A stretch of DNA of 63,035 nucleotides, counting the filler, from Reclinomonas americana ATCC 50394 (taxonomy: Eukaryota), in NCBI GenBank assembly GCA_048213135.1. It is 16 parts of 16 records of this genome, joined end to end, with 100 filler letters (N's around TTAATTAATTAA, not from the genome) between each part and the next. Parts side by side here need not be neighbours in the genome. Positions count along the whole stretch, not along the records: positions 35,931 to 50,429 come from AFZH01019203.1; positions 50,530 to 54,876 come from AFZH01019204.1; positions 54,977 to 57,274 come from AFZH01019205.1; positions 57,375 to 60,424 come from AFZH01019206.1; 12 more parts are not named here. The stretch is one strand, 5' to 3'. The number at the start of each line of letters is the position of its first letter. Positions within the stretch are counted from its first letter, which is position 1. The translations under genes and the position numbers were made by a program. Shown in pieces: positions 45,707 through 58,468 of this stretch. A model generated the notes under the pieces. The model did not search any database and was not told the origin of the DNA. It saw only the letters and a list, made by a program, of their open reading frames with translations.

Positions 45707-48700
45707 ATGACGAGCGGTGTGTGGTCGTGCGTGTGTCTCCACGATGATCCTCTGGCACACCACACGTGAGCTCAAGCGCAGCGCATTCACCATCTCGCTT
45801 CTCTGACACAATTTCAGCAGTGTGCATCGACTCTATGTGGAGTGGCTGGTGCAGCAGTGGTCTGCACGCGCACCACAGCGTGCGGCACTGCGCAAGGCCA
45901 TGATAGATCGACATGCATCGCAAGGGGTGGGAGCGCATACAATGTGATGTGCATTTGTGTATGTGTGTGTGAGATTGATTGACTCGATTGCTGCGATGCA
46001 GATGCCGCCCAGTGGATCGCGACTCGTGCCGACGTGGTTTCTCGCAGAAGAGCGCTTGTGGCGCGGTGTTGATGCACTACTGGAGGACTTTAGTGGGGAG
46101 ATACCGCATGTGAACACTAAGGGGCGCTCGTGGAGACGACAATGGCGAAACGGTGCGCGAGTGGAATGGCTAGCGCGTCTCCGACTGCTGCTTCCCGTGC
46201 TGGAACGTGCGGAGATGGTGGCCTCATTGGTGCACGCGGTGGCTCCGAAAGACAGTGAGGAGCCATCGTCGGCGGCCTCGGCGCTGCTGGTGCGGGCGCA
46301 TTCGGCTGTGCGTGAGCACGTTCGGGAGCACTTGTCGACGGTGAACATGCGATCTGCGTTGCGAGATGCATTTGCGGCATTGTTGTTGTCTGTGGAGTCA
46401 CGAGAGGTGGTGACGGTGGATCGCAAAGAGAAAGGAGACAAGGGAGATCGACAATGGTTGTTGTGGGCTCGATGGTTTCAGTGGCGACGGCAGCGACGGC
46501 GACGTCGACAGTGGTTGATGCACACGGAGGCGCGATGGTCGGCAATCGACGACATTAGTCGCCTTGAGCGTCTGGCGACCGCTCGACTAGACCCGTCGTC
46601 GTCGTGGTTGACTGTCGTGTTCTTTCGTCGTTGGGTGTGCCACGTGAGTCGCGTGGAGCAGCAGTACCCTCTGCTGCCACCATTATCGCCTGCATCGCCC
46701 CTGTTGGAATCGACGGGTTCTCTCGTGGCCGACGCGCTGCGTTCCGGCGACTGGTCATCATTTGGCAGCGGCGCAGTGTTGTGTGCGTGGCGAGGAGTAC
46801 GTCGAGCAGTCGCCACGTATCCCGATCGCGCCCAGTGGATTACGCCGGCACTCGCAGCTGCGCTTCGTGCATCTGGTCGAAGCGAATCGCGTCCGTTTGT
46901 GCAGCATGTCGTGGCTTGGTACTTGCAACAAGCGCAGTTGGCACGGCGCAAGGAGCTGGCCGAAATCGGTGCGTGTCAACCGATGGCTGTGCTCCTTCTG
47001 CGCCGCTCACATTGTCTGTGTGTGCTCGTAGAGTTTGTGCGCCAGTTTCGTGCCCTCTTGCTGCAACTACGCGACGCTGTGCATCGTAGCCTCGAGGACT
47101 GGCGCTCGGTGGAAGAGGACCTCGGTGTGGACGGAGGCTCGGCAGGCGAAATCACCCATTCCAACTTGCTGCGTGAGCAGGTGCGCGCTTTGGAGTGGTA
47201 CTCGCACGCGCTGGAGCGGGAGTGCATAGAGCGAGAGCAGCTGGCACGCGACGCCCTGCGTGTGGTGGCCGAGTTGCCAGTTCGGCTGTGTACCACGTTG
47301 CGCAGCGCTGGATCGCCGACGACATGTTGGCGCTGTTGCTGACGTGAAGATTGATTGCACGCAGTTGCGAATGTCGCACAGCGCTTGAGTGTCTGCGCAA
47401 GCATGTCGACGAGCCCCTGACGCTCGCCGTGTGCCTGTGCTCGGATTATCTGCCAGACTACCTGGCCGTTCTTGTGCCGGCCAAGTTCCGTCGTCGCGGT
47501 GCTGCCTGGAGTTGCGTCCTGCTGTAGGCGCACGCCTGACATGTGTTCACCATCCAACCGTCCTCGCCACAGGTCAGCAGTTTGGTGGACACGACGAGAT
47601 GAACGCAGGGTACACATGCATACACGGTCGTCCGTTTCTTGATTGTTTCGCTCACCTCGTTTGTGTGTGCGGTAGGTTTCCACTCAATCTGCCGCTGGCC
47701 GTGCGTGACGCGGTGGCCACTGTCCTTCGCCACCGTGTGGCATCCTCAGGGGCCAACTTGCTCCTGCTCGAGGAATCGCTGATGAACACGAGGTACGCGC
47801 CACAGGAGTGCGCATGAACGTGAGATGATTTCCCATTTTTTCTTCTGAGCTGCAGATTTGACGAGTGGCTCCGAGAGCTAGACAACGTCGGCACGGGCGC
47901 TCGAACAAACGTGGACACGCGAGAGGCTGTGACAGTGTTTCTGTTGCGTTCCACGCAGTCCGCGGTGCGCATGCACCTGTTTCTTCCCCAAAAAACACTG
48001 ACTATGTCGAGTCAGGTTTGAGTTTCTCTGCTCAGCTCTGCCACAACTCTGGCAGACGGATTTCCACTTTCTGGTGTCGATGCCGACCCACGAACTGCTC
48101 GTTGTCAATCGGGTCTTGTTGCGTCGGAGGCAACTGCCAGCTTTTGTCGCCTGCATGTGGTGGCTGACAAAAGCGTGCGTCGCAGGAGTCACATGGCGAG
48201 TGTGGACAACCTCGGTCGCCCACTGCATTCGCTGTGGCACATGTTTTCGGAGAAGAAGCTGCTGTCCGAGGTCCTTCTCGAGTTGCGTCACCAGCAGGCG
48301 CTTTCTGGTGGCCTCCAGCGACAGTGATTCTCACCGAGTGCATGTCGCAGAAACGAACGCAAGTTGGCAGCCGCCGTAGTGCGCTCGTCGTCGAGCATGG
48401 CAGGCTCGCGATCGGCGGCCATCGTGAGCATCCCGCATGCATCGCTGCAGACGCTGTTGTGGTCGCCGTTGTTTGAGCGCATCCGCGGCGAACATCACGC
48501 TCGGACTGCGACGCTGGCCGGCGACAACTACTGGACGGTGAGTGTCAGCAGTGCGAGAGTGTGACTGTGATACGCGCACACTGATGCACACAATCAATGT
48601 GCGCAGTATCGACACAAGGAGACCGACGAGGCCGCCACCTCCCTGCCGACAACAGAAAAGGTGGTACTGTTGCCACCGGCGTGGAATGCGCGTGATTTCA

Positions 48701-48723
48701 TTGACCGCACACTGAATCTGTGA
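45707..48723 (+). CDS. Large hypothetical multi-exon helical protein
   Basis: Long ORF 45957..47342 plus downstream GT-AG-bounded exons ending ...RDFIDRTLNL*; no family recognised; start approximate. Confidence 0.5.
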
Positions 48724-50137
48724 CTGTGGAGTGCTGGTGTTCAAGACGCCACGCGACGAGGCGTGCTTCCTCTGCAATAAAACAGCGGAGCACAAGTCGC
48801 GGAAGTGGTTCCCGGTCGTCGTCGTCATCGTCGTCATCGGCATCGACGGCTTGTGTGCACAATTGTGTCAGGGCGTCGACAGCGCTCGCCGCAGCTGTCC
48901 ACTCTCGGCGCGCACACCACGGCTCGTGCCAGACTGTTGATGCCCGACGTGAGCGTCTTGATGATTATACGCACTTACACCACAAACATACCGGGCTCCC
49001 ACAAGTACAACCGGCGGTCACTGGAACACGTCAGCACGTAGCCGGTGCTGAGAAATTCCACCGACTGCACTGGGCGAGTGTGGCCGGCCAGCGCCGCCAC
49101 TCGCTTGCCACTTGCCAGATGCCACACGTGAGCCATGTTGTCTGCCGCACTCAAGCCACTCAGCTTTTTTCGATATCGCACGATGCAAAGTGCAGCACAA
49201 CGCACCCACACCACAGCTCGCCAGGTACAAGCCGTCGGTCGAGAACGCGACACCAAGAACCGGCACTGTGACACGATCGACGGCGCTCAGCGAGCGCACC
49301 ACTTCCCGACCATCCACTGTCGACATCCACACCTGACCCCACGTGTCACCAGTGGCCAGCCAGGCGCCGTCTGCAGACACCGCCTGCGACGCAAGAGCCC
49401 CCCTTCGCACAATCTCAGTGTCCACCGCTGCCTCTCCTGCCCTCCATCGACAATAATGCACCTCGCAGTCGCCAGCAAAGACAATCAGTGGCGGTGCGCC
49501 TGGGCGGTCGAGCATGGCGACATGCACCACTGGTCGGATACTCCCCTCGTGCTCAGTGCGCACCACAGCCACCGGTTCGCCGTCATCCGCCCGCGATATC
49601 ACCACTGCACCGCCGTGAGATCCACTCAAGAGAAATACAGCATTCGGGGAGAAGCGCAACGCCGTCACTCGCGTCAAATGACCGACGACGGCTTTCGTCC
49701 AGCAATGAGTTGGCAGCAGCACATGCTCACCGTCGCCTCGTCCATCTCGCCTCCATTGCATGTCCCACACACCGATTCGAGTGTCTCTGTCGCTGCTGAT
49801 TGCCAGTGTCACCGTCGCCTGATCGGTCTCTAACTGACGCGGCTTTCGCACCATGCACACACGGCTGACGTGCGAGATAGCGGTGGCCGACTCGCTGAAT
49901 GCACGCTCGATGCGACACGTACAGCGCACCGTGGTCTCCGAGAATGCAATCACACGCACAGTGGAGTCGGCGCAGCTGGTGGCCACCAGGTGCTGGTCGG
50001 CATGCAGCGAGACAGTCGACATGCAGCATATGGGAGACGAGTGCTCCCCTTGCGCCAGATGGATTGGTGGTCGGCGCAGAGTCTGCATGTGAACGAAGCA
50101 AGCGATGGGAGGGACAACCCGATGTACACATTTCCAT
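48698..50137 (-). CDS. WD40-repeat protein
   Basis: GHLTRVTALRFSPNAVFLLSGS, VSADGAWLATGD, VAFSTDGLYLASC, LAGHTRPVQSVEF...LYLWE. Confidence 0.85.
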
Positions 50138-50264
50138 GGGGCGCTTCACTTCTCTGTCGGCGCAGGCGGCAGTGTGCATTGCACAGCGTGCCTCCCCACG
50201 CCACAGAAGGAATGAGACGCAAGATAGAGAGAGAGAGAGAGAGAAGGGCGAGAGAGCGCGCCGA

Positions 50265-51855
50265 TCAGTAACCCTCATCATCGACGTCGAAGCCAGAAAG
50301 AGGACTGGTGAAGTACGCGTGTGCCAACACTTCAGTGGCAGTCGGGCGTAGTTTCGGGTCCACTTGGAGGCAGCGCTGCAGAGATTACACGTCAACAATT
50401 CTGCACCGTTTGAGAAAGGGAAAGGGGAGNNNNNNNNNNNNNNNNNNNNNNNNNNNNNNNNNNNNNNNNNNNNTTAATTAATTAANNNNNNNNNNNNNNN
50501 NNNNNNNNNNNNNNNNNNNNNNNNNNNNNCACACACACATACAGGGAACAGCTTTCAGACAGAAAACACGGAGATTGATTGTGCAGACAACGCAGACACA
50601 CAGAACCTGTGGCTTTACATCGCGATGCACCACTCCACGCGCATGACAGTACCGCAAAGCCTGGAACAACTGGCGAGAGATATCCTGCCCATCGAAACAA
50701 ACAAGGTAAGCGTGAGTCACCGAAAAACCAGACAGAGTCGGTATGTCAGACAACTCGGCACTGCACCACTCAGGTAACACACTCGCACTCTGTGCTTGCA
50801 CGTGCGCCCACTGATGCACATGTGCACACACAGAGAGAGAAAGAGACAGTGCGAGGGCCGTGCACGGAAGAGATTTCGAACAGTGCGAGAATGCAGGATT
50901 CATCACGGAAGGAGAGGAGCATGCATCACTGGTGCAGCATCTGCACGCGCACCTTTTCTTCCCCAGAGAGAGAGAGAATGACAACGAGGCAAGCGCGCGT
51001 GTGTGTGTATGGGAAAGGTGAGTGGGGAACGCACCTGCACGAGCTCTGGTCTCATGCCACTCTCGCACCCTCTGTCACCCATGGCCATCCACAAGTCGCG
51101 TTCCACCCACTCAAAGATCAAAAACACGCGATTCTTGAACACCACCACATCCTCCAGTCTGGCACACGTGCATGAGACACACAGAGACAGACAAAGCAAG
51201 CAAAGGGAGAGAGAGGCGGAACTTTACAATGTTGTCGTGCTGCAACTCACGCAACAAGGCCACCTCACGCAGCGTGTGCGCAGGCACTCCATCCGTCTCT
51301 GTGGAGACCTTGGTGCGCTTCACCGCCACACGCCGGCCAAGCAGCGAGTCATACGCCTGGCCAAAACACAAGAGTGTGAGGGCGACATTGCGCACTCAAG
51401 ACACACGCGCACGTACACACCTTCATCACGGTGCCAAACGCCCCCGACGCAATCTCCTCCACATCTTGCAGATAGGTCAGACGAGCGGCGGCACTGCCCT
51501 CGCTCTCGTCTTCCATTGGCAAAACGAAATCGGAAAATCTGTTTGCACTTTCATGTTCAAATAACTCATCAATGAGCGTCGTCAAGTGCAGCTTCTTTGT
51601 GTTTGATGTGGACGATGATGATCCGTGTGTATTGGTGCAAGAGGCGGTGAGAGTGTTGCTGTGTGGAGTGGGAGTGTCGTCGGTTGGGTTGCCGCTGGTG
51701 CAGCCTCTGTCGTCATCGTCGTGGCTCTTGTCGTTGTCCGTGGCGGTGGTGGTCAGCTGTGGTGGTGGTGCTGGTGACGAGGCAAGGGAGATGGCGGGCG
51801 CGGCGGAGGATGTGGAGAGGGTGAGGAAGAGAGATGCAAAGACTGTCAACCGCAT
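50265..51855 (-). CDS. Cyclin-dependent kinase-like protein (PAHTLRE); middle lost in the gap at 50430
   Basis: IASGAFGTVMK, VAVKR, DGVPAHTLREVALLRELQHDNIV, FEWVERDL, HRDVKPQ; C-term LQVDPKLRPTATEVLAHAYF. Confidence 0.88.
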
Positions 51856-51896
51856 CAGCTGACGATGCGTACTAGGATCTGTGCACTGACTGGTGG

Positions 51897-54005
51897 ATGA
51901 TGCTGCCGGAGAGACCGCCTGGTGTGACGCTGCGCATGTTGCGAGCGAGTGATACGCCGTTTGTGGTGTCGCTGGCGCCCAAATTCATTCGACCGGGAAT
52001 GGTTGGCGTGTGTGTGTGCGTGTGTTCTCGCTTTCAGCATTGCTCTCGTCGTGCTCACGGTCTCTCTTTGGTAGTCGGCAGAGAAGCGTGCGGAGTGTGA
52101 ACGGCCTACGTCGTGCCTCTTCCTGGCGAATGTGCTGTTGACACAGGTGGAGGAGACGGTCCGCGATTTGTGCAGCGTGTGCGCCGGTGACGGTGTGCAG
52201 GCGTGGGGCATTCATCCGGGTCGGTCGGCCATGTCTGTGCGCTTCTCCAGCGTGCAAGAGGCGTGCGCCGTCAAGGCTGCCATCGACGAGGGTCGTCTGG
52301 TGAATGGGCGCAAGTCGGTGTGCGCGTTTTGTGAGCTGCAGGAATTCGACTTTTGTGCGGCACTGGCGCGGCACCTGCCCACGGGAGAGCGGCAAGAGGA
52401 TGTGATGGAGTCGGAGCATGTGCGAGTACCGGGGCTTGTCTTCATTCCCAACTTTGTCAGCGAGGCTGAGGAGGCGGAGTTGCTGCGGGCGATTGACGAC
52501 TTGCCGTGGCACGATCTCAAGTCGCGCCGTGTACAACACTACGGCTATGCCTTCGACTACAAGGTCAACAACGTCGACGTATCGCAGCCGCTGCCGGGTG
52601 GATTGCCCGAGTGGACGCAGTCGGTGGCGGCACGCATGTGTGCAGATCCGCAAGTGGTGAGCTGAGGTCGTTACCGACCAACCACATGCCGTGTGGGTGT
52701 GCGTCTCACACCGTGGTCTCGCCTCTCGCAGATGCCGTTTGAGCCGGACCAGTTGACAGTGAACGAGTACTTGCCGGGTGTGGGCATTCGACGCCATGTG
52801 GATACTCACTCGGCGTTTGAGGATGGCATCGCATCGCTGTCGCTCGGCAGCTCGACGGTGATGGAATTTCGCCATCCCGAAACGCAGGTGCACAAGCAAG
52901 TGCATCTGCCTCGACGCTCGCTGGTGGTGATGCTGGGCGAGTCGCGTTACGTGTGGACACACGGCATTGCTCTGCGCCTGTCGGACCGAATTCGTGGTCG
53001 TCGCATCGTGCGCTCCCGGCGTGTGTCACTCACCTTTCGCCGTGTGCGGCCGGACAAGAATTGTCAGTGTGCGTACCCTGCACATTGTGATTCGCGGTCG
53101 TCCTCCATGTCGGCCGTACCGTCGGCAATGTCCATTGGCGACGTTGATCATCGGCCGGGAGTCGATGATGGCGATGGTCGCATGTTGCCGTCACTCGAGC
53201 GGCAGCATGTGTGGGACTTTTACAATGCGATTGGCAAGCACTTTTCCGCCACACGATCTGTGCCATGGCCGGGCGTGCAGCGCTTCGTGGCGGAAGAGCT
53301 GCCTGTCGATTCGCTGGTGCTAGACATTGGTTGTGGAAACGGTCGGTACATGGAATGTGTACTTGCACGAGGCGATCTGAGCTGTGCTATTGGGTGCGAT
53401 GCGTCGCGCACGCTGCTGGAGGTTTGCATCGAGCGTGGCTTGCAGCATGAGGTGTTGGCCGACTGCTGCGCTCTTCCGTTCCGCTCGGCGGTGGCCGATG
53501 CTGTGCTGTGTATTGCCGTCCTGCATCACATTTCGACCGAGTCGCGTCGACTGCGAGCGCTGCACGAGCTGTTCCGTGTGTGTCGCCCGAACGGATCAGT
53601 GCTGATTTATGTGTGGGCGTTTGAGCAGGTTTGGTGATCAATCACAGGGCGATGATCGTCGTGCGCGAGTGAGTGCATGTACTAACTGCGCGTATGGTCG
53701 CTTCGCAGGATCGCCAGTCGATTCACCACTTTGAGAATGCCGACTGCTTTGTTCCATGGCACATGCCGTCGGCCTTTGCCGTCGACACGGGAGGCAGTGG
53801 TGATCAAGAGGGTGCAGCCGTCGGAGGTGGTGACGGGGCATCGTCGTCGGCGAGTGGAGTCGACTTGAAACTGCACCAGCGGTACTGTCACGTGTACCGC
53901 GAAGGAGAGTTGGAGAGTCTCATTCGACAAATACCCGGGGTAGAGATTGTGCGTGTGTATTACGAGCGCAGCAATTGGTGTGTGCTGGCTCGCCGAGTAG
54001 CTTGA
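51897..54005 (+). CDS. ALKBH8: ALKBH8 tRNA wobble-uridine modifier (RRM + 2OG-Fe(II) dioxygenase + Trm9 methyltransferase)
   Basis: RRVQHYGYAFDY, PDQLTVNEYLPGVGIRRHVDTHSAF, RYVWTHGI, RVSLTFR, CQCAYPAHCDS, HFSATR..PW, DIGCGNGRY, IAVLHHIST, YVWAFEQ, RYCHVYREGELE. Confidence 0.95.
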
Positions 54006-54033
54006 CAATGTAGAGCGTCAGTACTTAACTCTT

Positions 54034-56507
54034 TCACTTTTTCAGGGCCGAGAACATATTGGGCGCTCTCTTAGCTCTGGCCGCGGCCGCTGCCGCCGCT
54101 GCTGCCTCGTCGTCGCTGTCGTTGTCCTCGCCAAACACATTGAGTGGCTTGATTGGAGTCGTCTGTGGTCGCGAAGGCGGTAGTGTTGGCGGAGGAGTCG
54201 GAGCCGCACGCGCCAGGCTGCATGCACATCAGAGTACGTCAGCATCTTCATGAATGTGCAACAGAGAGAGAGAGAGAAACACGAACAACGGTGACGAGTG
54301 CGGGTGTGATGCAAAGCCGCTGGGGCTGGGCGCTAGTGGCGGTGGCGGTGGCGGTGGCGGAGGTGGTGGCGGTGGCGGCTGGAATTGAGATTGAGATTGG
54401 GGAATGCCGCCGAGCACGGCGCCGCCGGGAGCAAACCGCGATTCAAATTGCTGGCGGTCTCCCGGCGACGGCCGTGCGACCGCAGCTGCTTGGTGGCCTC
54501 CATACGAGTCACTGAAGCGAGATCGAGGTGGCCGTCGATCATATTCTGGAGATGGGCTCCGTCGTCGAAATCGCGAACCTGGCGGCGACAGTGGCGAAGG
54601 ACTGCGGCGGCGACGTGGGGGCGAGCGACTTCGTCGACGATAAAACTCTGGCGAACGACTCCTCCGTCCACGATCGCCTGGAGATCGACTTCGTCGGCGA
54701 TACGACTCTGGCGAGCGACTCCTTCGTCGTCGATCGATTGGAGAGCGACTCCTGCGACGGTCGGAGGATGGTGTCGGCGACCAACGATTGCCGCGGCGTG
54801 AGTCCGGTGGAGATCTCCTATCATATGGCCGAGGGGGAGCAGACGATGGTGGCGGTGGTGGAGGCGGCGGCATTGANNNNNNNNNNNNNNNNNNNNNNNN
54901 NNNNNNNNNNNNNNNNNNNNTTAATTAATTAANNNNNNNNNNNNNNNNNNNNNNNNNNNNNNNNNNNNNNNNNNNNCGGCGACGAATCCACCCCTGTGCG
55001 AAGAAGGGATCAGTCATCATGTGCCGTCGCACAGCAAGCACAGCACACGCACCTCTCCACCTTGGGTTCAGGAGTGGCGACGGCGACGAACCCACCCCTG
55101 TGCGAAGAAGGGATCAACAACCTTGTTACATCACACAGCCAGCACAGCACAGCACACGCACCTCTCCGCTTTCGGTTCAGGAGTGGCGATGGTCACGAAT
55201 CCACCCCTGTGAATACTACCAACCTTGTGACATCGCATCACTTAATCCCCGCACGCAGTCCCAACTACACACCGCTCAGCATCCTTGTCCTCCGCCTGGC
55301 CGCCTGTGACTGCACTTGTTGCCGCTTCGGAGGGCCGCGCCGACGGGCCAATCTGCATGCCCTGTGCTGTCTTGGCCATCTTGACTAGCTTTTCCAACTC
55401 TCGCTCCTCACGATCGCGCTCCCGCTGCCGCTTCTTCTCGGTCGACTGCGGCGTGATATGCAGCTTCTTGGTCTCCAGCAGACGCTACGAGACAAGGCAA
55501 CAACCGTGACACAATCGAGGCGCGACCCAGGACGCACAGGAGACGCGGATACGAAGCGCGTCGGCACACCTTGCGATGGTGATGGTCGTACGAGCTGAGG
55601 TGATTCTCCAGTTGCTTCACGTTGGTGTACTGTTTCTTGCACAGATCGCAGTAGAAGCTCTTGTTCATGTCGCGAACATCCGTCTCGATGGCCTCCTGTC
55701 GCTGTACCACTTCCTCACTGCGCATGTGCGACACGGTCACATTCGGCGAGCAAGAAGAGGTGAGCGAGAGCAGCCACGCAACAGTTTCTCACGTCGTTCC
55801 GCGGTGAGCTCCATCTCGATCTCCATCAGCCGTCGCTTAAAGTTCTCCGGTCGCGTCATCTCCTCGTCGTGTGTGTCTTTGCCGAGGCCAGTCGTGTTGG
55901 TCTTGAGGCGCACAGGCACCGGCTCAAGTCGTCCCTGACCCTCCTTGCCCAGGCCCTTCTCCTCGTTCCAGCCGAGCTTCTTCAGCATCTTGAAACCCTT
56001 GTTGGAGGACGCAATGGCCTTGTCTAGTGAGGCCGCCGTGGGTGCGTCGTCATCCGCACTGCACACGACACCAGAGATATGTGTTTGAGCGATCGTCTGC
56101 AAGCACACACACGCGCGCACGCGCGCATGCGCACGCAACTCCTGTGCGGCAGCACCCAGTGGCATCACGCGCTCCTCGAGCAGATCGTCCCAGCCGGCGG
56201 CACGCTCGCCCTGCGACTCATTCACTTGTCAGTGCGTGCATTCCCGCCATCTCACTGCCGCGATCACACATGCCTGCTCAATGCGACGCCTGCGATACTC
56301 CTCGTATGCACTGTCGGCTGCAGCCACTGCCTGGTACCGTTCGGCCACACGAGCGATGGGCGCCACAGGCAAGTGTGCCTGGGAACGCGCCTCGGCCAGC
56401 AAGGCCTGCGTCTGTTCATCGCGCAGAAAGACGGTGCGATCGGCGGCTGATGGCGCGGCGATGAATGAGGGACCGAGTCGGTCGCGCTCACGAGGGGGCT
56501 CGCCCAT
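54034..56507 (-). CDS. G-patch + C2H2(jaz) zinc-finger protein with RS/Pro-rich C-terminus (GPATCH8-like); joined across the gap at 54877 by inference
   Basis: SNKGFKMLKKLGWNEEKGLGKEGQGRLEPV...GLG; FYCDLCKKQYTNVKQLENHLSSYDHHHRK; RRRSRSP repeats at 54229-54873. Confidence 0.8.
54977..55275 (-). repeat. Tandem ~105-bp exon+intron repeat units (at least 2.5 copies)
   Basis: Repeated ggttcaggagtggcga...gaa(t/c)ccacccctgtg and cagcacagcacacgcacctctcc blocks; each unit holds a 45-nt phase-2 exon. Confidence 0.85.
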
Positions 56508-56898
56508 GGCGACGAGAAAACGAGCTCGATGAAGCAGGACAAGGTGAGTCGTCGACGTTGACATCAAACAACAGCCGTTCGTCAACATCAGTAAAGGCAG
56601 CATCTGCCGCGCCACGATTAGGTACAGCACACACATTCAAAAACAATGGCGTGTTGTGCGACGACAAAGCGACGACAAGGTACACTGTATTCTCGAAGTT
56701 GTTGAAAGTGCTCGCAAAATTGTCTTCTCACCCATGCATATGGCCACGCGACTCGCCCCCTTGCGAGTGCGTCTTGTGCCGGGCAGATGTGTATACAGGA
56801 CAGCAGCGATCGTCCATAATGCGCCAGCGATTCGCCAAAGCTGACTCCCTTCCTTTCAAATTTCTCCCACAAATTCCCTTTCGTTCTCCATTCCGTTG

Positions 56899-57274
56899 CT
56901 ACACTGACCCATCTGCACCTCGTGCATCGCTGCTGCGCTCCTCTGCCGAGTCGAGCACCACGCGAATAAACGCACTGGAAGGACTCAGAGTGAATCGTGC
57001 CTCATGCAAACCCGGCCAGCCCGGCGGCGGAGCCCGACTGACGTGCAGTCGTTCGGATCGAAGGCCGCCGCGACGGCGATGATCCACGTCGATCGAGTTG
57101 GACTCGAGCGAGCGGAAGTCGACTGCTGAGTACTCCGACAGTTCCACGTAGTGTGTGCGACCAGAGTCGGCTTGCAGACGCGGAGAGCCCACAGTGAGTT
57201 TGACATCGGGCAACGATCGACCTGCACGCACGCAGAAATCACCATGGTCATCATCATCATCTGCATCATCTGCA
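56899..57274 (-). CDS. 3' end of an unidentified gene
   Basis: Open frame from the gap edge to TAG at 56899 with coding-like composition. Confidence 0.4.
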
Positions 57275-57759
57275 NNNNNNNNNNNNNNNNNNNNNNNNNN
57301 NNNNNNNNNNNNNNNNNNTTAATTAATTAANNNNNNNNNNNNNNNNNNNNNNNNNNNNNNNNNNNNNNNNNNNNCCGACCTACACCCCCCCACGATGGGA
57401 CACAATCTGCGTGCAAGCGAGCCTCACAGGTAACTGTCCTATGGCGTCTTTGCGCCACGCAGCTGTTTCGTCTTTCTCTCTGTCTGCTCACTGTGCAGCT
57501 TATCACTGACTTCTCTCTTTCTTTCTCAGAGATCAATTCGCGATCGTTTGCTGCACGATGAGTATCACCACTCTGTGCTGCACAGTGTCGACAATGGTTT
57601 TTCCTTGAGTGTGTGCTCTTCTTCCTCACACTCAGTGTCTCTGTGCTCATCTGTCTCTCTCTGTGTGTGTGTAAGCAGAGGATGAGTCACACAACCGATC
57701 ACGCCCAACGTTGCGTCTGACACACACAGAGCCGAATCCCGCGCATTGATAACACAAAG

Positions 57760-58059
57760 ACACACTTACACACACTCACTCACACTTCCACACACTTGCA
57801 CATACTTCCACACACTTCCACACACTTGCTGCACACACACACTTCCGCACACTTGCACACACTTGTGCACACTTGCGCACACTTCCACACACACACACAC
57901 TTGCTGCACACACACACACATTTACACACACTTGCGCACACTTCCACACACTTCCACACACTTACACACACTTCCACACACACTTGCACACACTTCCGCA
58001 CACTTCCACACACTTCCGCACACTTCCACACACACACACACGTGCACACACACACACTT

Positions 58060-58099
<40 letters not shown>

Positions 58100-58100
58100 C
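57760..58100. repeat. Degenerate CACACTT(C/G)CA / (CA)n satellite, probably intronic
   Basis: Many cacacttcca/cacacttgca units followed by pure (CA)n; (TG)n again at 58390-58465. Confidence 0.9.
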
Positions 58101-58162
58101 CTTCTCTCTTTCTCCTCGCATCTCCCATCGATCGCTCACACGGAACAATGTGTGTGCGTCAG

Positions 58163-58388
58163 TGCTGTTGCCAGTGGCGGAAGCAGTGGAGGAGGAGGAG
58201 GAGGAGGTGTCATCTCGTTGATCCGCGGGCTTGCGGCTGGTGTGGTCGACGGGAGTGGTGCGACAACGAACAGTCTGTATGCATTTGGGGAGCGCGCTGC
58301 TCGTAATGTCGGAGTCGATGCCAGTCGCATTCTTGCTGGTGTGTGCGCGAAGGGTGTGTTGTTCTTGTGGTCGCGCTGGTGTGCTCAT

Positions 58389-58468
<80 letters not shown>

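Noticed and set aside
16731..54005. Selenoprotein, TGT and ALKBH8 as a functional tRNA-modification/Sec cluster
   Set aside because: They are separated by many unrelated genes and gaps; co-occurrence in a gene-dense scaffold is plausibly chance.
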